A DNA stretch of 64,000 bases from Acidobacteriota bacterium (lineage in GTDB: Bacteria; Acidobacteriota; Vicinamibacteria; Vicinamibacterales; UBA8438). The notes under the pieces were generated by a model. The model searched no databases. It saw only the letters and a program-made list of their open reading frames with translations, and was not told the DNA's origin. Positions 1 to 9,154 of this stretch are shown here, piece by piece. The position numbers and the translations under genes are program-made. Numbering within the stretch: the stretch's first letter is position 1; each line of letters starts with the position of its first letter. Where the stretch lies: assembly GCA_009838525.1 (NCBI GenBank), contig VXRJ01000038.1, positions 10,654 to 74,653 on the forward strand, read 5' to 3'.

Positions 1-1062
1 CGACGGGTCGTAGATCGTGGTGGTAATCACGAGGGCGGTCGCCGTACAGATCACGACGGTGTCGATGAACGGCTCGAGCAGGCCGACGAAACCCTCGCTG
101 GCCGGCTGCGGGGTGCGGGCCGTGGCGTGGGCGATGGCGGCGCTGCCTAATCCCGCTTCGTTCGAGAAGACGGCGCGCCGGAATCCGATGATGAGCGCGC
201 CGATCGCGCCTCCGGCGGCGCCGGAAGGCGTGAACGCCCCCTCCCAGATCGCCGCGATTGCACCCGGCAGCCGGTCGGCGTTCAAGGCGATGGTCAGCGC
301 GGCGAGCGTCAGGTAGAGCAGCGCCATCGCCGGCACGAGCCGGACCGTGGTGCGGGCGATGGACTGAATCCCGCCGATGATCACGAGGGCTACGACGCCG
401 GCCAGCCCCAGGCCAATCAGCCATCCGCGCCCCGCGAAGAGGCTGGCGTCGCCGCCGGTGATGTCGATGAAGATCGCCGCCGCCTGGTTCGACTGGAACA
501 TGTTCCCGATGCCGAGGCAGCCGAACACCAGGCTGGCCGCGTAGAAGGCGCCGAGCCGGCGGCCGAGGCCCGGCCAGCCGCGTTCACCCAGTCCCCGCTC
601 CAGGTAGTGCATCGGTCCGCCGGAAACCGACCCGTCGGGATTCTGGCGCCGGTAGAGCACGCCGAGCGTGCACTCGGCGAACTTGGACGACATGCCGAGC
701 AGCCCCGCGACCATCAGCCAGAACGTGGCGCCGGGGCCGCCGGTCGAGATGGCGACCGCGACGCCCGCCATGTTGCCGATGCCCACCGTACCCGAAACGG
801 CGGTCGTCAACGCGCTGAATTGCGAGATCTCGCCCGGGTCGCCCGCGCGTGCGTACTTCCCGGAAACGACGCGCACCGCTTCCGCGAATCCGCGCACGTT
901 GATGAACCGGAGATAGATTGTGAAGAAGAGTCCTCCGCCGACCAGCCACAGCACGATCAGTGGCATCTCCGTCCCGAACAGCGGAACCGTGAAGAAGATG
1001 AAAGCCGAGACCGCGTCCGCCACCGGACGCATGACGGCGTCGATGCGCTGATCGATAGTCAC
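1..1062 (-). CDS. alanine/glycine:cation symporter (AGCS, sodium:alanine symporter) family transporter; C-terminus lies beyond the window edge
   Basis: The minus-strand frame is open from 1062 to position 1. It is absent from the ORF track (it runs off the window edge with no stop codon inside the window). My translation reads MTIDQRIDAVMRPVADAVSAFIFFTVPLFG...GGPGATFWLMVAGLLGMSSKFAECTLGVLYR..., multi-TM and typical of AGCS. The GTG at 1060-1062 overlaps the cdd stop (GTGA). Confidence 0.85.
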   Translation of the reverse strand, partial: MTIDQRIDAVMRPVADAVSAFIFFTVPLFGTEMPLIVLWLVGGGLFFTIYLRFINVRGFAEAVRVVSGKYARAGDPGEISQFSALTTAVSGTVGIGNMAGVAVAISTGGPGATFWLMVAGLLGMSSKFAECTLGVLYRRQNPDGSVSGGPMHYLERGLGERGWPGLGRRLGAFYAASLVFGCLGIGNMFQSNQAAAIFIDITGGDASLFAGRGWLIGLGLAGVVALVIIGGIQSIARTTVRLVPAMALLYLTLAALTIALNADRLPGAIAAIWEGAFTPSGAAGGAIGALIIGFRRAVFSNEAGLGSAAIAHATARTPQPASEGFVGLLEPFIDTVVICTATALVITTTIYDPS

Positions 1063-1457
1063 CGCAATGCGTCGGGTCCGAACGCGTCGGGCAGCATCTC
1101 GCTGATGGTGTGGTGTTCGTTGACGCGAAGGTCTCCACCACCCGCTTCGTACAGCAGTTGGCGGCAGCGGCCGCACGGCTTGCCCGGTTGCAGGTCGTCC
1201 GCGTCCCGGCCCGCCACTACCGCGATCGCCACGAGGCGGCCCCCGCCGCTCGCGTGCAGGGCGCATACCACCGAGCACTCCGCACAGAGCGCCAGCCCGT
1301 AGGAGGCGTTCTCCACGTTGCAGCCCTCGACGACGCGCCCATCGTCGACGAGGCCCGCGGCGCCCACGTAGTACCCGGAGTACGGCGCGTAGGCGTGGCG
1401 GGCCACGGCGCGAGCGCGGCGAAACAGATGGTCCCAGTCTGGTCGGGCGCTGCTCAT
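1059..1457 (-). CDS. cdd: cytidine deaminase
   Basis: Zinc-ligand motifs CAECSVV and PCGRCRQLL. ORF-track ORF 1059..1535 is trimmed to the in-frame ATG (MSSARPDWDHLF), giving about 132 aa, the usual size for tetrameric Cdd. Confidence 0.9.
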   Translation of the reverse strand: MSSARPDWDHLFRRARAVARHAYAPYSGYYVGAAGLVDDGRVVEGCNVENASYGLALCAECSVVCALHASGGGRLVAIAVVAGRDADDLQPGKPCGRCRQLLYEAGGGDLRVNEHHTISEMLPDAFGPDALR

Positions 1458-1533
1458 CCGGGCAGCGTAGCAGACTGGCGCACCTTGCAGGCCGCCCTCG
1501 ACTTTCGTGTACCCTTTGGTGCGAGCAAGGGCC

Positions 1534-4476
1534 ATGCGTGCAGTGAGCGTTGCTTCAGGGCTTCTGGCCGCCGCGTTGATCCTGGTGGCGATGGCGCCTG
1601 TTCAGGCGCAGTCCCGAGAGCCCGGGGCTGCTCAGGGAGCCGGCGGCACCGTGCTCGTGCTGCCGTTTGCCAACCTGACCGGGAATCCGGCCGACGACTG
1701 GATCGGCGTAGGAATCGCCGAGGCGGTCGCCACCGACTTGCAGGCCGGGGGCACGCGAACGCTCCGCGCCACCCGGCCGCCGCTCGACGAGAACGATCCC
1801 GGCGAAGGCTGGGAGGCGGCGCTGGAAGCGGGTCGGCTCGCCGGCGCCGCGCTGGTGATCAGCGGCACCTATCAGCGCCTAGGTGACGAGATTCGCGTGA
1901 CCGCTCGGGTCGTCGACGTGATGGGTGGCACTGTCATCCGGTCGGCGATGGCGACCGGACGGACGGACGAGATGTTCGACCTTCAGGACCAGGTCGCGGC
2001 GAGCCTTAGGGACGTCCCGGCGGTCGCCCAAGCGCAGCCGAACCGGGATCCGGCGCCGGCGCCAGTGTCACCGCCTTCAGCTCCGTCGCCGAGCGGGAGC
2101 GCGGCTGCAATCTTCGAACGCTACCGATCGTCGGCCGCTCCCGCCACCGCTGCCACTTCCGCCCCCCGCACCGCCGGCGGGGCAGCCGCCGCGCCGGCGG
2201 GCGCCGCGGTCGAAGCCGGACTCATTGACGGCCCGCCCGCGCCGGAGCCGCCGGCTGTCATGACACGCGACGAGGATGGGCGGACGACGGTTCGGGCGAT
2301 CCGCCTCGACGAGGGTATCAGCCTCGACGGCGTCCTCGACGAGCCGGTCTACGAGACGGTGCCCGCGATCACGGGGTTCATTCAGCAGGTGCCCGACATC
2401 GGCGCGCCCGCGACCGAGCGCACCGAGGCGTGGGTCATGTTCGACGACACGAACGTCTACGTGGCGGGCCGTCTGTACGAATCGGTTCCGGAGAGCCAGT
2501 GGGTTGCCAACGAGATGCGGCGCGACACCAGTCAACTCCGCCAGAACGATACGTTCACGGCGTTCTTCGACACGTTCTACGACCGGCGCAACGGCTTCAA
2601 CTTCTATACCAACCCGCTGGGCGCTCGCGCCGATCAGCAGTTCACGAACGAGGGTAACCCGAACGCCGACTGGAATCCGGTCTGGGACGTCCGGACCGGC
2701 CGCTTCGATGGCGGCTGGACGGTGGAGATGGAGATTCCGTTCAAGACCCTGCGTTACCGGTCGGAGCCGCCGCATATCTGGGGCATCCAGCTCCGGCGCG
2801 CCATCCGGCGCAAGAACGAGTGGGTCTACCTGACGCGGCTGCCGATCTCGGCTGGTGGCGGCAGCGGGTCGGCCGGCATCTTTCGCGTCTCGGCGGCCGG
2901 CACGCTGGTCGGTCTGGAGCCGCCCCCGGCGAGCCGCAACATCGAGGTCAAGCCGTACGCCATCGGCGGCGTTACTACCGATCTCACCGCGTCTCCCTCG
3001 ATTGTCGACGAAAGGAGCGGCGACGCCGGCATCGACATCAAATACGGTATCACGCAGAATCTGACTGCGGATTTCACCTTGAACACCGACTTCGCCCAGG
3101 TGGAGGTGGACGAGCGGCAGGTGAACCTGACCCGCTTCCCGCTGTTTTTTCCGGAGAAACGGGAGTTCTTTCTCGAAGGACGGGGCATTTTCGGGTTCGC
3201 TCGGGGTGGCGTCACCGGCCGGTTCGGCGGGCCGGGAGGCGGGCCGACCGGCGGTGTTTTCGGCGACGTGAATGTCCCGCAACTCTTCTATAGCCGGAAG
3301 ATCGGACTGGAACGGGGTCGGGTGGTGCCCATCGTTGGGGGCGCACGAGTCACCGGCAAGGTGGGGCAGTTCGACGTCGGCGCCCTCAACATCCATACCG
3401 GGGACGAGACGGTCTCCAGCTCGGATCCGACCAACTTCACCGTCGTTCGACTCCGGCGCGATCTCCTGCGGCGCAGTTCGGTCGGCGCGATGTTCACCAA
3501 CCGCTCCGTCTCCCGTGTCGCTCCGGGCTCCAGCCAGGCGTACGGCATCGACGGCACCTTCGCCTTCTTCGAGAACGTCAGCCTGATTACCTACATCGCC
3601 CAGACTCGTCTTCCCAGCCCGGAATACCGCGGCAAGGACATGAGCTACCAGGGCAAGTTCGAGTACGCGGCGGACCGCTACGGTTTCCAGGTGGATCACC
3701 TGGTGGTGGAGGACAACTTCCTGCCGGAGGTCGGTTTTCTCAGGCGCGATAACTTCCGGCGCACGTTTTCCGCGGCGCGGTTCAGCCCCCGGCCGCGGTC
3801 CATCGAGAGCGTCCGGCAGTTCAGCCTGGAGGGGAGCATCGACTACATCGTCACGGCCGACGAGAACCTACTGGAGACGCGGCAGGGCATCGTGGCGTTC
3901 CAGACCGAGTTCGAGTCCAGCGACCGGCTCACCTTCACGGGGACCGACAACTATGAGGTGCTGGTTCGGCCGTTCACACCTCCCGGTTCCGATTTTTCCA
4001 TCCCGATCGGGGGTTACGGTTTCACCGATGGCGAGGTGTCCTATTCGATCGGCCAGCAACGGCGCATCAACGGGACGTTGGCAGCGCGGTACGGCGAGTA
4101 TTTCGGCGGCGACCTGACGTCGGTGGAGTTCAGGCAAGGGCGCATCGCCGTGCTGCCGCAGATGTCGATCGAGCCGACTATTTCGTTCAACTGGATCGAC
4201 ACGCCGTACGGCGCGTTCCAGACCAACCTGGCGGTGACCCGCGTGAACTACGCCTTCAATCCCCGCATGTTCTTCAGCGGGCTCCTGCAGTACAACTCGG
4301 CGAGCAACTCGTTCGGCAGCAACCTACGGCTCCGCTGGGAGTACAGCCCCGGCAGCGAGTTGTTCGTCGTGTACACCGACGACCGCGACGTAACCGGCGG
4401 ATTGCGGCCCGACCGCGGCTGGGACCTGCGGAACCGCGGCTTCGTCGTCAAGTTCAACCGGCTGTTCCGATTCTGA
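1534..4476 (+). CDS. secreted outer-membrane protein: TolB-N/FlgO-like domain + low-complexity linker + CBM9-like + DUF5916 barrel (paralogue 1)
   Basis: Start trimmed to ATG 1534, giving signal peptide MRAVSVASGLLAAALILVAMAPVQAQ. Contains the motif LVLPFANLTGNPADDWIGVGIAEAV, a large beta-rich C-terminal region, and the terminal ...KFNRLFRF aromatic OM signature. Family call is from memory of DUF5916/CBM9 proteins. Confidence 0.7.
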   Translation: MRAVSVASGLLAAALILVAMAPVQAQSREPGAAQGAGGTVLVLPFANLTGNPADDWIGVGIAEAVATDLQAGGTRTLRATRPPLDENDPGEGWEAALEAGRLAGAALVISGTYQRLGDEIRVTARVVDVMGGTVIRSAMATGRTDEMFDLQDQVAASLRDVPAVAQAQPNRDPAPAPVSPPSAPSPSGSAAAIFERYRSSAAPATAATSAPRTAGGAAAAPAGAAVEAGLIDGPPAPEPPAVMTRDEDGRTTVRAIRLDEGISLDGVLDEPVYETVPAITGFIQQVPDIGAPATERTEAWVMFDDTNVYVAGRLYESVPESQWVANEMRRDTSQLRQNDTFTAFFDTFYDRRNGFNFYTNPLGARADQQFTNEGNPNADWNPVWDVRTGRFDGGWTVEMEIPFKTLRYRSEPPHIWGIQLRRAIRRKNEWVYLTRLPISAGGGSGSAGIFRVSAAGTLVGLEPPPASRNIEVKPYAIGGVTTDLTASPSIVDERSGDAGIDIKYGITQNLTADFTLNTDFAQVEVDERQVNLTRFPLFFPEKREFFLEGRGIFGFARGGVTGRFGGPGGGPTGGVFGDVNVPQLFYSRKIGLERGRVVPIVGGARVTGKVGQFDVGALNIHTGDETVSSSDPTNFTVVRLRRDLLRRSSVGAMFTNRSVSRVAPGSSQAYGIDGTFAFFENVSLITYIAQTRLPSPEYRGKDMSYQGKFEYAADRYGFQVDHLVVEDNFLPEVGFLRRDNFRRTFSAARFSPRPRSIESVRQFSLEGSIDYIVTADENLLETRQGIVAFQTEFESSDRLTFTGTDNYEVLVRPFTPPGSDFSIPIGGYGFTDGEVSYSIGQQRRINGTLAARYGEYFGGDLTSVEFRQGRIAVLPQMSIEPTISFNWIDTPYGAFQTNLAVTRVNYAFNPRMFFSGLLQYNSASNSFGSNLRLRWEYSPGSELFVVYTDDRDVTGGLRPDRGWDLRNRGFVVKFNRLFRF

Positions 4477-5334
4477 CTACAGCCCCGAACCGCCGACGAT
4501 AAGCGCGACCGCGAGGAGCGCGCACGCTACCCCGGCCACCTGCCAGCCGTTTAGGTGCTCGCCAAGCACCACGCGCGCCAGGATGACGGTACTCGCGGGG
4601 TACAGCGACGACAGGGTTACCGCGACGCTGAGCGGCCCGTAACGGGTGGCGAGCAGGTACAGCGCGTTGGCGCTCATATCGAGGGCCCCGGAGGCGATGG
4701 CGATTCTGGCGGTGGGCGTAGCCATGCGCAGCGGTCGTCCGCCCAGGCGCGCCAGGACGCTCAGAAGCGTCACCGAGACGGCACGTGCCGCAACGAGCGG
4801 CCACATGCCGGCTTGGGCGTCCGTTTCGGCCAGGGCAAGAAAGAACAGGCCGATAGCCACACCCGCCGGAAGTGCAAGTCCAACGCCTGGGGGAAGCGCA
4901 CCGGCCCGCACCGACGGGGAGGTGGCCGTTCCCTGCCGGCTGACCAGCACGATGGCCACAATTGCCAGCGCGATGCCGAGTAGCGCCGGCCCCCCGAGGC
5001 GTTCACCGAGCAATACACTGGTGGCTACGGGGATCATTACGGAGCACACGGCCGTCGTTGGAGCCACGACCGCCATTCTCCCCACCGCCAGCGCACGAAA
5101 GAGCAGTGTGATGCCGACACCGCCGGTCAATCCGGCCACGCCGCCCCAGGCCAGGTCACGCGTCGAAGGCGCGGCCTCGGGCAACAGCGGCAGCAGAAGG
5201 GCCAGGAGCGCCAGGCCGGTGCACTGCGACGTCACGACTATGGCGAGAGTGTTCGTTCGCCGCGATGCGAAACCGCCAAGGAAATCGGCCGCGCCGTACA
5301 ACGCTGCTGAACCGAGTGCGAGCAGAGAAGCCAT
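4477..5334 (-). CDS. EamA/DMT family transporter
   Basis: 285 aa with about 10 predicted TM helices and two EamA-like halves rich in Gly/Ala/Leu. Its stop abuts the stop of the upstream convergent gene (4476/4477). Confidence 0.8.
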   Translation of the reverse strand: MASLLALGSAALYGAADFLGGFASRRTNTLAIVVTSQCTGLALLALLLPLLPEAAPSTRDLAWGGVAGLTGGVGITLLFRALAVGRMAVVAPTTAVCSVMIPVATSVLLGERLGGPALLGIALAIVAIVLVSRQGTATSPSVRAGALPPGVGLALPAGVAIGLFFLALAETDAQAGMWPLVAARAVSVTLLSVLARLGGRPLRMATPTARIAIASGALDMSANALYLLATRYGPLSVAVTLSSLYPASTVILARVVLGEHLNGWQVAGVACALLAVALIVGGSGL

Positions 5335-5380
5335 GGCGGTCGGCGGCGGGTTCGACCGGCCGTCAGCCCGCCGGCGGCAG

Positions 5381-8299
5381 TCAGTACCTGAACAGGTACT
5401 GGAACTTCGTGAAGAACGCCCGGTTCGTGCGCTGCAGCGTAGTGACCGACGGGAACAGATAGTCCTGGATCCCGTCGCCGTCGATGTCGTCGCCCACGAT
5501 GAGGCTGCCTTGCCGGTAGCGGTCGTCGTAGCCGACGTAGAAGACCGTTCCTGCGTTGACGCGGTAGCTTACGAGCAGGTTCAGGCCCGCCGTCTTCTGC
5601 AACGTGTTGAACTCGGCGATGTTCCGCAACGCCAGCCGGTCCGTGAACTGGTAGGTGCTCAGGGCGCGCACGATGGTGACGTCGAAGATCAGGGGGTCGT
5701 CGTTGCGCGGGTCGATGCGCGGGTCGAACAGCCGGCTGGAGTTGATGTTGATCTGCGACTGGAACCGGGGTACCGGACGGAGCGTCAGGAACATGCCGCC
5801 GCTGCCGCCGTGACCGAGGAACGGGTTCTCCTGGTACCGTACCTCGTCGCCGTATTGATAGAACCCTCCGATGGAGAATCGGCTGCTGGTGCTGACGCGG
5901 CCGAAGGCGCGGTAGCTGACCTTGTCGAAGTTCACGCCGAGGTAGCGCTCCATGTCGCGGTTGGCGCTGACGCTGGCGCTGATGTTATTCGCGAACGTCG
6001 TGTTCAGGCTGGCCCGGAACTGCTCGTCCTCCAGTACGTCGTCGAAGTTCCAGTTCCGGCCGTAGGTGACACTCGGTCCCCAGTTGATGAGCCAGCTCTC
6101 CGGCCAGAACCGGTATCCGACAGTCGTGACGTTACGCCGCTGGTCGGTTCGCTGCACGAAGCCGACGTCGGTCTGGAAGTCGGGCGACAGAGTATACGTG
6201 CCGTTGAAGATGCTCCAGTTGCGGCCGTTCAGTCGGTAGTTGACGTCGAACAGCGTGCCCCGGGAATCGATGCCGTCGAGATCGCGGTTGTCGGTCTGGA
6301 CCGCCGTGAACGCGACCGCCTGAGTCTGGCCCAGCCGGAACGCGCCGTCGGCCAGCACCATGCGGCTGTAGCCACCCAGGAAGTCGCGGTTGGTCACCAT
6401 CGCGCCGATGTGCGACTCCGAGTAGAGGTCGTAGCGGGCTCGCCCGATCAGGACGTTGGCGCCGACGTCGGCGGCGGGTCCCGCCAGGCCGGCCACGGCG
6501 CCCGCCGCGGCATCGTTCGCGGCCAGGAAGCCGATAGAGGTCCGTCCCACCTTGCCGGTGATCTTCGCTCCCCAGTCCGGGTCCCGGATCGTCCGCGTAT
6601 GCACGAAGTTGACGGGTCCGAACACGTTGAAGATCTCGGCGCCCTCGAGAAAGAACGGCCGCAGTTCGGGGTAGAAGAGCGCAAACCGCTGGTTGATCTC
6701 GATTTGCGGGCGGTCGGACTCGACCTGCGAGAAGTCCGGATTGAAGGTGAAGTCCAGCGTCAGGTTCGACGTGATGCCGTACTTGACGTTGACGCCTCCT
6801 TCCGGCTCCGCATCCCCGGGCTGGAAGGCGCCGGTCGACGTGTCGATCGATCCGAGCTGGAGGCCCGTCGCCACCGGCATGATCTCGAGATTCCGGCTCG
6901 TCGAGAGGTTGGTCATGCCTTCAAGCAAGCCCATCTGGGGCAGGAAGCCGGCCACCCCGCGCGATATCGGCGCCCAGACGACGTTCTCGTCCTTGTCGCG
7001 GATCTCGCGGACGATCTGGAACGCCCATCGATGCGGGACGTCGCGTTCCCGCCGCGGATAGCGCAGGCTCTTGAACGGGATCGCCATCTCGGCGGTGAAG
7101 CCGTCGTCGACGATCTGGGCGCCGCTGTCGAACAGGACATCCCACGAGTCGTCGCCCCAGGGAATACCCGAGCGTCTGAAACCACCGCCACCGCCGCCAC
7201 GACCGCCTCGGCCACCACCCCCGCCGCCGCGCGCGTTGATGATCTCGTCGCCCTGCACGTTGTAGCCGTTGACGGAGAATGCGTAGGCGCGCTGCTGGTC
7301 GAGGAACGGGTCGAAGTAGACCGTGATCTTGTCGTCGCGAAACGCCCGGTCGCGGTCGACCCGAGTTGCCCGCATGATGCCGGGATCCTCGTAGTGGGCG
7401 TGGAAGGCGACGTACAGGTTCTGGCTGTCGTAGCTGATCCAGGCCTCGGTCTCCTCGGTGGCGGGTGCTCCCTCCAGGGGCTGTTCCTGAACGAACTCGG
7501 TGATGCGCACCGCGTTCCGCCAGACCTCGTCGTCGAGGCGGCCGTCGATGTCCGGGCGGGTATCGGTCCGCGTGGGCCGGAGCATCGGACGTCCGGTCAG
7601 GATGCCGGCTGCGGCGGCGAATCCGGCGGCCGGTGGACCGTCGCTCGCCGGTTCGGCTCGTGCGCCCAGTTCCAGACTGCCGGCCACGTCCGCTGGCGGC
7701 ATCGGAGCCCGGCGTGCCGATCGCCGGGGTGGCACCGTCCCGCCACTGCCGTTACCGTTGCCATTGCCGGACACCAGCCGGGGGAGAGAGGAGTCAACCG
7801 GTGTCGCATTCCCACCGTTGATGCGAACCCGCAGCGTGGTGCTCAGGTCAGCGGCGATCTGGTCCTGGAGTGCGAAGAGCTCGCCCACGCTACCATCCGC
7901 CCTGGCCGCAGAGGCCACCGCGCCGGTCTCCGTGTCCGTCACGCGCGCCGTGATGCGCATGCGATCGCCCACGCGCTGGTAGGCGCCAGTGACGAGCCAC
8001 TTGGCGACGGGTTGCCGGCCGACGACCGACACCGTGTCCAGGCGGGCGAACTCCGCCGACAGAGTCTCCGCGATACCAGCGCCGATCCAGTCGTCGGCCG
8101 GGTTGGCCGAGATGTTCTCGAAGGAAGCGATCGCTACTGAGACGGGTTCGGTGGCCATCACGGCCGTCGAGGCTCCGGCTCCGGGCCCTGTCTGCGCCAG
8201 CGCCACGGCCGGAAGGGCAGCGAGGAACCAAGCGATCACACCGGCCAGTGTCCGAATCCACTGAGCCCGGCGCTCGCTTGTCGAGGGGCGGATCCGCAT
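5381..8299 (-). CDS. secreted outer-membrane protein: TolB-N/FlgO-like domain + linker + CBM9-like + DUF5916 barrel (paralogue 2)
   Basis: 972 aa with signal ...AWFLAALPAVALAQ and motif VAIASFENISANPADDWIGAGIAETL. Same domain order as 1534..4476. Ends ...KFQYLFRY. Carries a GGGGGGRGGRGGGGGGFRR insertion. Confidence 0.7.
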   Translation of the reverse strand: MRIRPSTSERRAQWIRTLAGVIAWFLAALPAVALAQTGPGAGASTAVMATEPVSVAIASFENISANPADDWIGAGIAETLSAEFARLDTVSVVGRQPVAKWLVTGAYQRVGDRMRITARVTDTETGAVASAARADGSVGELFALQDQIAADLSTTLRVRINGGNATPVDSSLPRLVSGNGNGNGSGGTVPPRRSARRAPMPPADVAGSLELGARAEPASDGPPAAGFAAAAGILTGRPMLRPTRTDTRPDIDGRLDDEVWRNAVRITEFVQEQPLEGAPATEETEAWISYDSQNLYVAFHAHYEDPGIMRATRVDRDRAFRDDKITVYFDPFLDQQRAYAFSVNGYNVQGDEIINARGGGGGGRGGRGGGGGGFRRSGIPWGDDSWDVLFDSGAQIVDDGFTAEMAIPFKSLRYPRRERDVPHRWAFQIVREIRDKDENVVWAPISRGVAGFLPQMGLLEGMTNLSTSRNLEIMPVATGLQLGSIDTSTGAFQPGDAEPEGGVNVKYGITSNLTLDFTFNPDFSQVESDRPQIEINQRFALFYPELRPFFLEGAEIFNVFGPVNFVHTRTIRDPDWGAKITGKVGRTSIGFLAANDAAAGAVAGLAGPAADVGANVLIGRARYDLYSESHIGAMVTNRDFLGGYSRMVLADGAFRLGQTQAVAFTAVQTDNRDLDGIDSRGTLFDVNYRLNGRNWSIFNGTYTLSPDFQTDVGFVQRTDQRRNVTTVGYRFWPESWLINWGPSVTYGRNWNFDDVLEDEQFRASLNTTFANNISASVSANRDMERYLGVNFDKVSYRAFGRVSTSSRFSIGGFYQYGDEVRYQENPFLGHGGSGGMFLTLRPVPRFQSQININSSRLFDPRIDPRNDDPLIFDVTIVRALSTYQFTDRLALRNIAEFNTLQKTAGLNLLVSYRVNAGTVFYVGYDDRYRQGSLIVGDDIDGDGIQDYLFPSVTTLQRTNRAFFTKFQYLFRY

Positions 8300-8572
8300 C
8301 TGCTTCCTGCTGAGGTTACCTGAGAATCCAGACCCCGGGCGGCGGGGATTCGTTTACGCTTCGCGCCGACGCTAGCTTACGTCAGAATCGGTCGACTCTC
8401 GGAGGTGACCGATGAACCAGGTCAGGATGCCGATGCGTGACGGCGACGGACCCGGCTGCATGTACTGGATCGGCGCTTCGTAGCTGTCACAAGACCGGAC
8501 CGCAGGGCGCGGCCTCCACCCATGACCCCGCAACTGGCGCGCAGCGTCCAGCCCAAAGTCCAGCTAGGCAAG

Positions 8573-9151
8573 TCAGGGAAGCAGATCGTTAACGACGATC
8601 CGTGCCTGCGGGCGCGCGGCCGGGGCCACGCTATCGCCGGCCGCATGCTTGGTGACGCTTCGGTAGCCGTCTGCATCCGGATCGCGGTACACCTCGAGCC
8701 GGGCCTCGGGTATGGCGAGGATCCAGTACTCCGGAATCCCGCAGCGCGCGTACACACTCTGCTTGACGCTCCGGTCGTGCTGCAGCGACTCGATCGCTAC
8801 CTCGACGACCAGCACCGCGGACGTTGGGTGGGCGTCCCGGTAGTCGCGCATCACGCCGGTGACCACGGCCACGTCCGGCTCGGGCTCCGAGTAGTCGTCG
8901 GTGGCCAGCGGGTGCTGGATGCGCACGTAGCACCCGGGGCTGAACACCCGCCGCAGGTAGTCGGCGACCAGGTCGATCCCGAGCGCATGGCGGCTTCCTT
9001 CCGGTGTCATGGCGCGCAGGTCTCCGTCGATCAACTCCAGTTTGGCGTCGGCCGCGAATACGCCGGCTTCGACGGCGCGGTCGTACTCGACGCGGCTCAG
9101 CCGATAGTTGCCGATAGGCACGTTGGACACGTGGACCTTATGACGGTTCAT
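8573..9151 (-). CDS. Uma2 (DUF820) family endonuclease
   Basis: 192 aa with the PD-(D/E)xK-like core typical of Uma2: ...ELIDGDL..., EPDVAVV, LVVEVAIESLQHD, YARCGIPEYWIL. It starts 3 nt after the ABC gene stop. Confidence 0.8.
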   Translation of the reverse strand: MNRHKVHVSNVPIGNYRLSRVEYDRAVEAGVFAADAKLELIDGDLRAMTPEGSRHALGIDLVADYLRRVFSPGCYVRIQHPLATDDYSEPEPDVAVVTGVMRDYRDAHPTSAVLVVEVAIESLQHDRSVKQSVYARCGIPEYWILAIPEARLEVYRDPDADGYRSVTKHAAGDSVAPAARPQARIVVNDLLP

Positions 9152-9154
9152 CTA

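Noticed and set aside
4474-4479. Abutting convergent stop codons (TGA|CTA at 4474-4479; TGATCA at 57220-57225) and many 4-nt start/stop overlaps.
   Set aside because: This is real but is a general genome-compaction trait of this organism rather than a discrete feature. It is mentioned in the summary only.
4646-8140. Very long ORFs antisense to annotated genes: 4646..8140(+), 10685..12853(+), 11508..13676(-), 20511..22778(+), 31674..34169(-), 50695..52515(+), 55455..56981(-), 57265..58797(+), 61075..62553(+), 2077..3699(-), 38816..39733(-).
   Set aside because: They are typical stop-codon-poor shadow frames of a high-GC genome. Their translations are Arg/Pro/Gly/Ala/His-rich with no recognisable motifs. 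The opposite strand in each case encodes a protein with clear family signatures.
8300-8572. Small ORFs in the 273-bp spacer. Plus strand: 8412..8483, MNQVRMPMRDGDGPGCMYWIGAS, with GGAGGT 5 nt upstream. Minus strand: an approximately 60-codon frame ending 8372 (..SYEAPIQYMQPGPSPSRIGILTWFIGHLRESTDSDVS).
   Set aside because: They are too short, mutually exclusive and without recognisable family or start context (minus frame). The strong SD before the plus-strand ATG is noted, but this alone does not support a gene call.
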